In this document: positions 47,561 to 60,189 of the stretch, piece after piece
Layout: every line of letters begins with the position of its first letter
Numbering within the stretch: the first letter of the stretch is position 1
DNA from: Vicugna vicugna
Lineage: Eukaryota
Assembly: GCA_013265495.1 (NCBI GenBank)
Contig: MU058221.1
Span: forward strand, 1,054,001-1,118,000
DNA: 64,000 bases
Direction of reading: 5' to 3'
Position numbers and translations under genes: made by a program
Notes under the pieces: model-generated
The model's database searches: none
Seen by the model: only the letters and a program-made list of their open reading frames with translations
Told to the model about the DNA's origin: nothing

Positions 47561-49808
47561 GCATTGAAAACTGGGAATCGTTTGCTCCACTGATTTTGAG
47601 GCTGGGGGCTGATTTCACACTAATTGCATCAGCTGTTTCACAAAGGAGCAGCTAAATCAACGACAGAATGGGGTCCAGGAGTGAGATAACAGGGGAAAAC
47701 CCAAGAAATACCTGTATATATGAAAAAATCACACTGCCCTAAAATAGGGCAGCAGAGTTCATGAGTATTAACGTAAAGTACTCGTGCTGTTTGTGCTTCA
47801 GGGGGTTAAAACCTCTTTCACAGATACTATATGTATTCAGCCCCCAATGAGAGTCTAAAATGAGAAAAGGCAACATAATTCTTTCATAGATAAGGAACCA
47901 GGCATCAGAATGTGGGTAAGAGGGGGGACGGCTGGAGACAGAACACTACCTAGAAAGGGGAATTTTTCTAAAACAATATAAATTTAAAGAAATAACAGTA
48001 TTGCTTGAGAAAAAGAAATGGGTTGTGATTATTCTGGAATGAGAGAAATTATTTGAAACTTCGTTACAGAAGTAAGGAATCAAGAGCAAGACTGTTTGTT
48101 AGAAAGAAAGAGATCTCATTTCAGGTTTGGAAAAGCAGTTCAGCTGAGGGACAGCGGACTGATACAAAGTTTATTTTGAACCGAAATGGAAAATAGAAGC
48201 CAGCAAGACTCAAATCAATGCCAGCATTTGGAGTGAAGGAAAAGCCCATCGCGGCCGCACTCCTGAATTTCCCCTGTGCGGTAAGTCAGTGATCCGTCGT
48301 GCAGGGTCACCCGAGGCGTGGGACACGCGCAAAGCAATTTAGCAGACAGACGGTGGAAGAAACCACCTGAACATTTGATAACGGAAGACATTCCTACTGT
48401 CTGACAATTCAATGTTCCCTTTAGTGGAAGATGCCGTCACAGTGGACCCTTGTCTGATGCCTGCATTTGGGATGAAGGCTGTCCTGGTGGGACCAGGATG
48501 TAGTTGTTTAGACAAGCTTCCGGGAAAAAACAGAGACCAGAATCCTTTACACAGTCCTCACGGAGGCTCAACATTACCTTAAAACTTTTACCTACATTTG
48601 TAACATCACCTACACCCCAACGCTTTTCACAATCAGCGTCCATAGAGCATTTCTAGCTGTAATCAATGTCCAGCCATGTTCATCCAAATGTTCTTTCAAC
48701 ATACCACACAAGTTTCCTAACTGCTGTCTTTGCAGGAGGGACTCATTTTGCTTGAAATAAATTACACCCTTTATTAGTGTGCTCAAACAATGGTTCATGA
48801 TCCACACTAAGTGTCTCTCAAATCCGGGAGCTCAGAAAACAATTTGCGTCTAAGCATCTAGTCACACTTTGTACGTCGCCTGCCACGGTTGGCTTGGGGA
48901 TGGACTTTCTCTGATAGGACTGCTACGCCGGATCACCCACCTTAAATCCACAGAACCCGGCGCACGGTGTAAACAGTCGGCATCCTGTCTGGTCCATAAA
49001 CCATCCCTGTTTGAAGATTCCTAAAATTTTTATGGCTCAGTATTAGAGAAAGTAGTTATTTATGTTCAGAAGAGCCAAGGAGGCCATTGCATTGCCTTTT
49101 CGCCATCTACATCACTGCATTTTAACTTCTGGATTTTACAAATCAGACACTCTGCATTTTGACGTATAGCCAAAGCAATAGCATGAGGTCATCCTGTAAA
49201 GCTCGACTTAATTCGGCAATTAATTCCTGGAAAGGCTCATTACCACAGCCTTTAGGAAGGCAAGACTTAAGGCTACATGCTGACGTCCAGAATGGTCTGG
49301 GTCTGCATGTTGTATCCACTACACAGACACAATTTTACACATTTTTGTTTATTCTTCCCTAGCACACCCCTTCATCTGCACACTCTGCTCTTGTTACATC
49401 ATTGTGCATTTTCTTCTTTTATTCTTCTGTCTAGTTTTTATGCTTTTTAATGAGAGGCTGTGGGTGACTTGGCACCTAACTACAACCAACAGTGCATGAT
49501 GCATTAATACTAAAGGCCCTTTACGTGCACCGTGATTCACAGCTCCAGTCATAGTGTTGGAATTTTTGGAAGCTGATCCACCATGACCAGTGTGGTCATG
49601 CACGTGGGTGTATTATTTGCGAGTTATGTAAGTGTGTGATGACTCATAAGTATGGGAGAGTGAACTTTTTTATCCCCTAAATTAGAAATGTGGAGAATTA
49701 GAAATAAAAGAACATTCATTTAAAAAGTTAGGATGGAGGAACAAAACACAAGAGAGAATGAAAAAGAGTAGCTCCACCGTCCCCACATTTGTAATTTTTC
49801 TGTCATAA

Positions 49809-50330
49809 CGTTACCAAGTTTAAACTCATTCTGCTCGCCCCACGACAGGCCAATAAATCAGGAGATGAGGTGCTGGCTTGAGGAACACAGACTTTATTCA
49901 GAAAGCCAGCAGACTGAGAGGATGGCAGACTAATGTCCTGGAGAACCATCTTCCCCAAGTCAGAAATGAGGCTCCTTTTATACTAAAAAGGGGAGCAGGT
50001 GTGGTCGGCTGTTGCAAACTTCTTGCTGTAGGAATTCTTTGTTCTTGCAGCTGTCCGTGTGGGTCAGGTCATGGTGCTCCTGCAAAACCTCCAACAAAAC
50101 AAAAGTTATTTTCTATTCTGCAACTTGCCATCTTTTTGTAAGTGCCAACGTGTTAACACCATTAAAGGTCAGAGCCTTGAGAAGACCCTCTCCTGTATGT
50201 TTCAGGCTAGAGGCAGCACTGTTTTCCAGAGGGTGCAGGGCTGGCAAGACGATGCCTAGAAAGCAGGGCACAGGGGCAAAGTCAAAGAAACAGATCTAAT
50301 ATGGAGTCAGATTTGTTCTTTTCTGTTACA
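49809..50330 (-). mobile_element. ERV1 solo LTR (MER41-like, cetartiodactyl type)
   Basis: The minus strand starts TGTAACAGAAAAGAACAAATCTGACTCCATATTAG. Minus-strand TATAAAA lies at 49976-49982 and AATAAA at 49893-49898. The 4-bp flanks ataa and gtaa form a TSD with one mismatch. Confidence 0.88.
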
Positions 50331-51889
50331 GTAAAAACTCCAATTAGACAAAATGATTGATTTTACATTACAAGCGGAAGAAAGCTTATATTTTCCCCTA
50401 AGTTCTTTACCTAAAACAATCAAGAAAAGCCTCTTCTTTTCCAACTTAAAACAAAAAAAATCGCAAGGCAGCTTTGAGTCCCTTCTCTGCAGACTGGCGG
50501 GGTCATAGTAGAGTCGCCTGTAAATCTAGGTAAAGGATAGAATCTGGAGATTGTGGTCGACACACTCACAAAATGCACGCTGAGTGGACTTGGCGTCTCA
50601 CTTACAGGATGTTTGCAGGATTCGAGGCTGTAGCCACTCGTGGCATTTACTTGAGTATCTGTTACGTGTTGTCTGGGTCCCAGGCAGTTAATGATGAACT
50701 TTCAGATGTACCAGGTCTGTATGTGGGGAGGACGTATATGTGAAACATGACCTTTGTAGGCAGGGTTGCTGGGTCAAGATTTCGAACAGATACAAAGTTG
50801 GAAGTAAACGTGACACAGTTCAGCGTGCATTTACACCTTGGTGACAGAGCTGCAGGAGGCAGCGGTCGGCGCGCCCTGTTCTGTGAATGAGCCGCGACTT
50901 TTACTGATTTGACTACTCTCCTTTCAAGGCATTTCAGGGTGTAACTGGTTAAAATGTTGCATAATTTCATAGAAGCCTGACTTACCATAATTTTAGCTTG
51001 TTCTACAACGCCCGAAACCAACAACTGAAGCAGTTTTCTTGTGTGCGTTTCCCAAGTCGCTATATTGGATTGAGGTGTATGCTTCACTGATTGCACTAAA
51101 TACTCCACAGACGAAGATTTCACAGCTTTTTATCAATGGAAAATATATTTCCGTATCTCGATTTTCCTAGTAGAGAAGTCGGAGTACGCCAAAAACCCTC
51201 TTTGGAAGCAAGCTTTGTTGTTACTCTGATTAGCATTTTCATTGCTATTATTTTTGTTAATTCTGTTTAAAGCGTCTTCCAGGCTCTACACATTCTCAGC
51301 AGTGTAGTAACTAAACAGCAAAACCAGGAACAGCATTCACAGGAACCTACTGAGTTCAGTTTTGCTATTTAAGCTTCAGGTAGGGCTGACTACATGGGCG
51401 TCAGAATTAAAGTGTTTGTCTTTTTTCACACGATTGCTTCTTTTCGCTACCTATTTTTTTCCGAAGCATACATTTTCTTAATTGGAAAAATGTTTTAAAG
51501 GTTTTAGAATGAAGTAAACAAGTAAAATTGTAGTCACTTTCTTTAAATAAACACCAACATTCTTATATCACACTCGTGTTTTTTTTTTTTTAATAAGATT
51601 TTTGGACACCATAGCAGATCTTCAGGTTGATGGAAAGAGACCACAGATGCATCTGGCAGTTAACTTAAGTTCGTAATTTATACAGCAAAGCTCACAGGGT
51701 CTTGGCTGAAGCTCTCTGGCTTGATGGAGAAAGAGAAGTAAAACTAGCATTTAATAAACGTTCTCTACTTCTGACAGGTTTTAGAGTCACGGAAGTGTCT
51801 CATGATCATCAGGAGGATGTCCTGACGTACACTCTATGCCCAGGCTCCCCTGCTGTTCATGCCTCAGATCACCTACGCTTCTACAAGGA

Positions 51890-52660
51890 AAGTCACCCTG
51901 GATGAAAGATAAAAGAGCAGGCAATTCAAAGAAGAGGAAACACAAAAGACCGATAATCAAATGAATAAATGTTCAACACAATGAATCATGGGTAAATGTA
52001 ACATAACTGTGAGTTAGCATTTTTTTGCTGAACAAGTGAACAACAAGAAAACCAACGTCTAAATCTTGGAAAACATAGAAGAAGAGAGAAATTTATATAT
52101 TTTGGAAACAGTGAAACTGGTAATTATAAGGCAAAATAATTCAAGATTTCCAAGCTAAGAAGAAAAAGCATGTAACCTACAACCCATTAATTATACTTTT
52201 AAACGTCTACCCTAACGGAGCTCTGTTGCTTTCAAAAGCAGACATATTAGAAAGTTTACTTTATCTCTGTTTGTAGGAACTAGAAAACGTGGAAATCTTA
52301 AATATCCCTCAAAGGTGAATAAGTGAACTATACTCCAGTTTATTCTAACAACAGATAGTAACTAATAATCAAGATGTGCTCTATGTGTATCCCTGGATAA
52401 ATGTTAAAACATTAGTACGAGTTTGAAAAGCTATTTGCCAAATTATGAAACACTGCGAGAACAGGAGAAGTGGACAAACTCAAAGTATGCGAAGTTCTAT
52501 ATTGATTTACAAATCTACAGAAAGCAAAAGTGCGAAACTTGCACTGGAACAATTCACTCTTACACTCTGCTGTGTTGCCGCAGGGACGGCGATGGGGACT
52601 GTGATGTTCTTATTCTCCTTTTAAGTCATATAGTTTGGAAAAATGTGAATGCTTTTTTTA
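51890..52660 (+). mobile_element. Old LINE-1 (L1ME-like) 3' region
   Basis: gcaggcaattcaaagaagaggaaacacaaaagaccgataatcaaatgaataaatgttcaac...taacctacaacccattaattatactttta. Confidence 0.7.
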
Positions 52661-53459
52661 CTTGAAAGTTACCTTAACTGGTGGGTGGTTTTTGCTTCCA
52701 TGTTAAATCTTCTTACTGAAACACCTGTCACTGCTGGACAGTCCCTTTGGCCGTGACTCCGCAGTAAGAACGTTCACGGGAGGACGTTGTGAAAGTGTTT
52801 TGTTTTCCCTCAAACTATAAATGTCTAGTGTTTGTAGGCTCCCATAGTGATGCTTGAGACTTTTTTTTAAAAAGTCACGTGGCTGCTAAATATTCATTCG
52901 GGAAGACTTACCTGTATTGGAAATGCCAAATATAAGAAATTATCAAACACTAAAAATGGAACCATAGGTGCAAGAAGTGTCAAGATCTCTTCAATCATCA
53001 GGACGTCTGTGCTGTGTGAATGCAAAGCATTTGTTTTGACTTGAAGCCAAAAGCACAGGCCCAAAAATTCTCCAAGCTTATAAATTATTCACAAATTAAC
53101 GTGGTATAAATTTCAGGGACCAATTTGGAGGAAATCCAGCAATCTACAAATATAATCATTATGAATTCAACAAATGCTGAATGCTTTGCTGGTGATTTTC
53201 ATCACCACATGCTGATTTAGCATTATGCAAATATGTCCTGCAAATGATTAAAAGCATCAGAAATCTAGTTTTTTAGATAATTTGGAAATAATCACCCAGA
53301 CCTATAAGGCTATTTTTCAGTTATATGTTAATATTTATCTATTACTAAAGGAAATTCTTTTTTTTTAAGTAAATCAGTTTTAATTACATGAATTTCTTTT
53401 TGAAACCATTCAACCATCATTTCAACTACTTCCTTCAGGCAGTTATGATGCTCAGGCAA

Positions 53460-54900
53460 TTATAACCCTGCTGAGCTAACAGGGGTATATTTTTTTCCTT
53501 AATGTCTGAAATAAAAAAAAAAAACAGAAAACATTTATGAAACAAGGACTCTCAAACACATCAAGCAATGAATGGCACTGATCCTTGAGAGCTGGAAAAC
53601 AAAGAAGGTAAATTATGACTGACCCAACTTGAGACAGTTTCCAGGCTGGGCAATAAGTGCTCAGGTAGAGACTGGTGGACTCCCTGAAGTTTTGAAGAGA
53701 TAGACCTGAAAGTCCAGAGGTCTAGGGAGTTAGAATTCAAGGATGGAGTTCTGGATGGAAGAGAGCTGCACCGAGAGAGAATTTCAGACATCTGTAGATG
53801 GAGATACATCTTTTGTATATTTAGCTGGTTACTGATCAGGGCAAGAATGGGAGAAAATTACTCAACGCTGGGAAAAGATCAACGAGAAATGAGTAAAGGT
53901 GACTGTGCACAGTGCTCATACAGATCTAAGAACAGTGCCTCTCCTCACCATAGACGTGAAACCTTGTGGTTCACAGAGTATTGAGTGCAGAGCGAGGACT
54001 GGCTGTATGTCAACAGTGTAGAAAAATAGCCCTAGATGGAGTCACTTTGGATCCAACATGTTTTAAAAGCAACCCCCTCCTCCAAAATCAAACTCTTATT
54101 AGGTAACTTAATATTGTATCAGAATATATTCCAAGAGTAAGAATATAAGATTACCACCAGGGAGATAAGTGTTTTTAGCCAAGAGAGCTGCATTACATAA
54201 AACAGAAGAGAAAGGGTTTAAGACGAAGGAAAAATAAAACAGACATAAAGCATTGATCAACATGAATGAAAAGTATTGGAAGTCGTACCTACATAAGTAA
54301 ATACATAAGATTTAATTACTATTCACATGTCACTAAAAGATAATTGATTATTTAAACAGAATTAATTAAAATGTAGTATGGAGTTTATAACGTATGTAAA
54401 AGTAAAATGTATGACAAATTAGCACAAAAGATGGGAGAGGGAAAATGGGAGGATATTATTACAAGGCTCTTATATCCGTGACACGATGTAACATCACATA
54501 AAGGTTGACCTAAAAATTTGCAAGTGTGTATCATAAAGCTGAAGTCACTGAGGTAATGAAACAAAGAGCTGTAACAAATAAGGAAGATAAAATGGAATTA
54601 AAAAAACATTAATCTGAAAGAAGACAAAGAGAAGAGAGCAACGTGCAGATGGGAAAATCTCACAGCAAACAGAGAGATGATTGAGATAAACGTAACAATA
54701 CCCATCAGAGTATTTAATGTGAATGTGCTAAACACCACAAAGACAGAGATGGTGAGACTAAATGTAAAAGCAAGACCTCACCCTCTGTCCCCCTCACAAA
54801 GCTGCGCTTTCAGTACACAGAAGCAAAGCCCTAACAAAACTTAAAAGGCTGGCGCGGTTATACTAATACCAAGACAACTTTTAGAGCAAAGACTTTTCAC
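53460..54900 (+). mobile_element. Old LINE-1 (L1MC/MD-like) 5' and inter-ORF remnants
   Basis: gcactgatccttgagagctggaaaacaaa...gagagctgcaccgagagaga and ggagtttataacgtatgtaaaagtaaaatgtatgacaaattagcacaaaagatgggagaggg. Confidence 0.65.
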
Positions 54901-56859
54901 TCAACAGCTGAATTTCAAGTGGATAGTAACAGACTGATTTCAAAGGGAAACAGAACTCATTAACGTGTCTAGGTGTCTAGCGTGCTTTCATGAAATCCTG
55001 AAAACTGTGAAATTTTGCATCTTGCTTGCAAATATTAACATGAATTTCTTATTCAATTGTTTGTTGCAGGGATACGTCAGTGTAATTTCATGGCTCAATT
55101 ATACTCTTATTCAGAATAGGAGGGGGTGATGTGTGAGACTTACGACCTTAGCAAACGGCAGTAGATAAGGTCTATGTGTAAGGGACAGGGACTGGAAAAA
55201 TTTTTTTCAAAATGCTGAATGATCCTTCTATAACATTAACTGAAATGATTTCAATTTGAGGTAAAGAGAAGAATGAAAACAGAGCAAAGCAAATGTTGTT
55301 TGCAAAGGCATGAAATGGGATTGAGACAAATCTATTAACTATTCATTTGATAACTGACATCACAAGAAATATTTGCCATATAAAATAAAACAGCAACACC
55401 ATTAACCTCAAAATTAATTGCAAACCGGTATTTGCAACATCTAACAGAAATGCAAAGTTTCAGTGATGGTGACAATTCAGTAACCAATGGCTCTAGAAAA
55501 AATAAACAAAAATGGCTACAAGAAGCACTTAAAGGATGAGGTCAAAATCAGGTATGAAGACTTGTGTTTTGTTTGTTCCCAAAAACTATTCACCTATGAC
55601 GATACCATTGACATTATAATTGCCAAAACTAAAAGACAGGAAAGCCCTGAAGTAGAAAGACAGGACAGGAGAGTAGGTGGGAGAATACAGCAGAGGAATC
55701 CACCCCCCATATTCTGTGACATGAAGTTATCTCAGCATCTAACAAGAACGGAATTAAGGACAGGTCACCCGGTCGCTTATCCAGGACATTTAATTATAAA
55801 AGACGTTAAAACAAAGAAGGTTCGAAATGGAAAATTTTGAACGTATATGAATTACTTCTGCTTTCATTTAGTGCGGTATCTAATAGAAGTCAAGCACACA
55901 TACACACACTAAAAAATCAAATAGCAGAACTAACAAACACAAAAAGTGTGGCCCCTCAGGAGATCTGCATTTCTCTGTAATGTGTTACGGTGTGCATCAG
56001 CAGTCATCAGCCAGCAGGAAGCTGGTCATCTCCGGCAAAAGGAATTCTGTAACAAAATCCGTCATGATGTGCTGTTTAGTACAGATCAATGATGTGTTTT
56101 ATTGCTTAAATGATAAAACCTTTAATGTGCCCCTAGAAGTTTTGGTTTGGAAAATGGCAAGAGAAAACTGAATTGGAGAGCATGCAGTTATATAGGAAAC
56201 ATTTTGGAGATTCCTTCAGAACCGTGACCTGAGGAAATAAGGTAGAAATTGGTTTCCATTTGCAAATTTTAACTAGTAAAAACTACGATGTCCCTGCCCC
56301 TACAAAATCCCATTTAACATGCATTTTGCAAATATCAGATTGAAGCAAGAGACTAAATTTTAACCAGAACAAAATGTCTATGTATCTTTTTTACTTGTAC
56401 ATCTTTTGAGCCAACAAATCCTCTTCTACACATTTATCTTAAGAAAAATAATATGGGAGGAATGTAAAATGTATCCTAAAATGTTCAACTTAATGTTTTT
56501 TTCATAATAATGAAAATTTCTGAAACTTCTGTTTGTGACTAATTAAAGCTAGGGATTGGAATAAAAAGAAAATGAAATCGGTGCCTGCCATCCTCAAGAT
56601 GGAAAGTAAAGGCTAAGCTGTGGCCGAGTGTGATTCAGGGAGTTGGGATAAGTCACGTCCATCCTGAAAAGGGGGACTGTCCAAGCCCAGGGCCGTTTGT
56701 CCCTGGGCAAGAAGGAGGACGAAGGGATGGAGGTGGAGGAGGGGCTAGTAAGGCCGTTTCATTTACAGTCAGGTACCAGGAATAATTCACTGCCAGTACC
56801 CAGAAGCTAACATGAGGAGTTCTCATCTGAGCAAAGATGGTTTGAATTTTTGTCAGCCT

Positions 56860-58380
56860 TGGGAGTTTGGGGTTTTATTTAGGCTTGTGCCTAATGTGCC
56901 TGGAGATGGCAGGAGAAGGGACAAACACACCTGAGGACCAGAAAGGAGCCCCGTCTCCTGCTAGTCTGTTTGGAGCCTGCAATGCTCTCAGTGCTTCCAT
57001 GGGCACAAACCCGGGTAATAGCCTGCTGTGCGGCTTCGAGGTCAGGGCTCCAGGTGACGGCGGCAGCAAAGCTGCTGGGCAGAATGCGGGTGGAGAGAGA
57101 AGGCGAGCAAAACTCGCGCCATCGCCACCACCAACAAAGAACAGGGAGAGGGCAGACCAAACTTCCAAAAACCATGACGCCGTCTACTGCTGAGACACGC
57201 AGCCCATGGAACAGACAGTCAAGTCAAGAGTTTGCGTGACATGAACGGTCACACGGAATAGTCAGAAGGCTTTGACATAAGTATTCCCGGGGGATAAAAG
57301 CCAAGGGCATGCTGTTATTTCAAACGATAACTTAGAACACAGAAAGATGAAATAAAGTAAGGGTGGATAACTAGAAAGGGAAGAACTAGAAAATTGTAGA
57401 TATGAAATGCCTTATAATTGAAACATAAAATGCTATAGATTAAATGATCTCTAGGAAGAACAAGGGCAAAGACAGAATTGGTGGATTGAAGAGCGATACG
57501 TTCATGCAAAACACAGCTTAGGGAGATGAGGTTAAAAATTAAAAATGCTAATGGAGAGAGTAACACATGAAGAGGCGCTAATTCTGTCTAATGGGAAGAG
57601 GAAGCACTTAGACGAAACGCAGCTCGTATTTAAGGAGAAATTGTTTAAAATGCTCCTTAAACTCAAAGAGGTACACACACATGCTCGGTAGAAAGACATC
57701 GTTCAGCAAGAAGAAAATTAAACCCAGAGAGAGGTATGAGGAAAAAGCTATGTAACTTAGAAATTAAAAAATAAGTTTGTAAATTAAAATGCATACTAAA
57801 ATACATATAACTACACATTTTGTGCTTAAAAGATCACAATAAATCTCAGAAAACTTTTAACCAGATATGGATAGGGGCTAACTTTCTAATCACTATCAGA
57901 AAGAGACAAAAATATTCAGTAAGTGGTAGGTTCTGTTATAAAACCAGGACAACTATATCCAGTCCCTAAAATCACCAAACACTAAGATAATGGAAAGGGC
58001 ATCCATATTTTTCATTAAAATAGAAAAGTGATTTTTTGACTTATTCAAACAAAATGCCCAGAAATGGAAAAATATTAAACAGAAAATGAAAATCAAGATG
58101 GCTTTAATTAATGCAAATACGAATGTAAGATCAGTAATTACAATGTGTGAGTGAGTAAAACTTAAGCTTTAAAAATAATTAGCAAATTAGCTAAGAAAAT
58201 AACCAGCTATTTGCTTCTTATAAGATACACGCACATACGGAAAAGGCTTATAAAATAGACAAAAGCAGTCACACCGTGCAAATTATGAATTAAAAAATAA
58301 ATGTTCGCAGTAGCAATGTCATTATCGTTTAAATGAAACACACTGGTAGGAATGAAAAGAGAGACTGCATCTTCACAGAC
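56860..58380 (+). mobile_element. Old LINE-1 5'/ORF1-like remnants
   Basis: A GC-richer 5'UTR-like block is followed by ORF1-like aactagaaaattgtagatatgaaatg...gacagaattggtggattgaagag and ORF2-start-like sequence near 58100-58380. Confidence 0.45.
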
Positions 58381-58381
58381 A

Positions 58382-58894
58382 TGTTACCCCAAAAGGGGAA
58401 GGGGAAAGACCCCAGTTCCTGCCTTACTGGAAAGATAAGAATTCAAATGGGAGATGGAAGTGCTGTGCAGTGAAATATTTAAAAGGTTTTATTTAGCAAA
58501 GAATCCGAGGGCAGGAAGCGGTGGTCTTTGCCCCTCCTCTTACAGCCACGCCCTGAGGTGGTCTCTTGACTGGTTGATGCTCCTGTCCCTGGAATGCTTA
58601 GTCATGCCTGTCCCCTTTGCTCATGTCCTTACCTGTGATGCACACAGAAAACCCGTGGCAGGGGACTAACCGCAATGCTAATTATATTACAGTGAGCACT
58701 GGGTCATGGCCGGTTAGGTCCCTGCTGCTGCTGCACAGCTGTGGCTGTCGGTTCTAAGCAGTTTCTCGCTGGCGCTCGTTTAGAGGAAGCACAGCCCCTT
58801 CATGGTGGAGGTGGGCACAGTGCCCTCTTCCAGACCCTCCTCCACCTCCTCCACCTTATCTGCCCGGTGCCCCCGCTTATATGACTACCTAACA
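58382..58894 (-). mobile_element. ERV1 solo LTR
   Basis: TGTTA...TAACA termini. The minus strand starts TGTTAGGTAGTCATA and has AATAAA at 58488-58493. The motif gcaatgctaattatattacagtgagcactgggtca is typical of MER4/LTR39-group LTRs. No clean TSD is visible. Confidence 0.8.
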
Positions 58895-58914
58895 TGGACT
58901 TACTAACAATCCTC

Positions 58915-59200
58915 TCATTTATTCAGCGGATAATATATGTCACTAATAGTCCCAGAAGTGAGTGATACAGATGAGATAAAATTCCTGATCTCAAAGAGCT
59001 CATATTTCAGCAGAGGGAAAACAGAACAAGCTCTGGCTCTGTCTGTCTGTCTGTCTGTCTCTCTCTCGCACACACCGCCCCCCACATGCACATCCACGTC
59101 CACACAAAGTGACCAGTGCTGTGGAGAAAAAAATGACAGGAGGAAGAGGACCGCGAAGTAAATGAGGAAGCTTGCCGTGTGAACACCAGGCGAAAAGTAC
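58915..59200 (-). mobile_element. LINE-2 3' fragment containing a (CTGT)n/(CT)n/(CA)n microsatellite at about 59039-59074
   Basis: cattt attcagc...aaaattcctgatctcaaagagctcatatttcagcagagggaaaacaga is the reversed L2 terminus. Confidence 0.7.
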
Positions 59201-60189
59201 AAGGGCGTGGGTTCAGCAAATATAAACGTCCTGATGATTTCCAGTTTTGAATTCATTTTTATACATGATTTCAAGCCTTTTGCACATTTTAATTTGACAT
59301 TTTCCTTACTAAGTCTGTTTCTTGGTTCACTTACACATCTTGATTAGACATTAGTCCTACAGAACAAAGAACGTATCTTAATGACAAAATTATCCTTTGG
59401 TACTTGAAGCAAATGGATGATTACATTTGAGTTCGGCTTCCCTATAAAAATCAACTTTGCATTAAATATATAGTGGTGCATTATCTCTAATACATTTGAA
59501 AAGCAACGTGCATAAGACAAAATTATGTACACGTGAAAGTATGTCTGATAGCTTAACAACAGTTTCGTGCATAAATTCATAAGAATAACAAATAATTTGC
59601 TTGCTGGCCATCTTTTCTATTGTAAGATATTTGCTGATATCTGTGAATATATTTTAAAATTCTTTATAACTTTGACTCACTAATTTCACTTCTATGAAAT
59701 TATAGTTGATAGTAGAGGAATTCTGTAGACACTCTGTGTATTGTGTCATGTAAATTTATACAATTAACATATGTCCGTATTCGTATGTGGGTGGAATGGG
59801 GTAAAAGCAGCTAATAACATTAACGTTTCGTGGAAAAAGTATTGATTGAACATTCATCGAAAAAGAAAGGCCGTCCACTGTGTTTTATATCTATTATAAC
59901 AACTCCGAAAACAAGCATGGGGACTTGGGGAAAATATATACTAAAACAGTAAGAAGTTTTAAGTCTAATCAAGGAATTAGACGTAACTTTTCTTGTCCTC
60001 AAGAAATTCGTGGTGCATTCAAAACTTGGTTGAGGGAGAGTTAAACACGATGACCACTTGATGATTACTGACAAGTATATACACTTGTGTACCCAAAGCA
60101 CCTATAACCCTTCATGTGCCTCTGCTAAATCCCCCTTCTCTCCCCAGTAAACTCAACCTTTGATTTATGATCCCATACGCATCCCCCAG

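Noticed and set aside
48590..48807. Protein-like 65-aa minus-strand ORF or exon
   Set aside because: There is no polypyrimidine tract, the donors are ambiguous and I recognise no homology.
50662..51123. 153-aa ORF as a single-exon CDS
   Set aside because: It starts at GTG in a eukaryote, has no recognisable domain and runs across a consensus splice donor. It is kept only as part of the exon-candidate finding.
56867..57239. Four overlapping ORFs on both strands
   Set aside because: This is a GC-rich block leading into L1 ORF1-like remnants, so stop depletion explains the ORFs.
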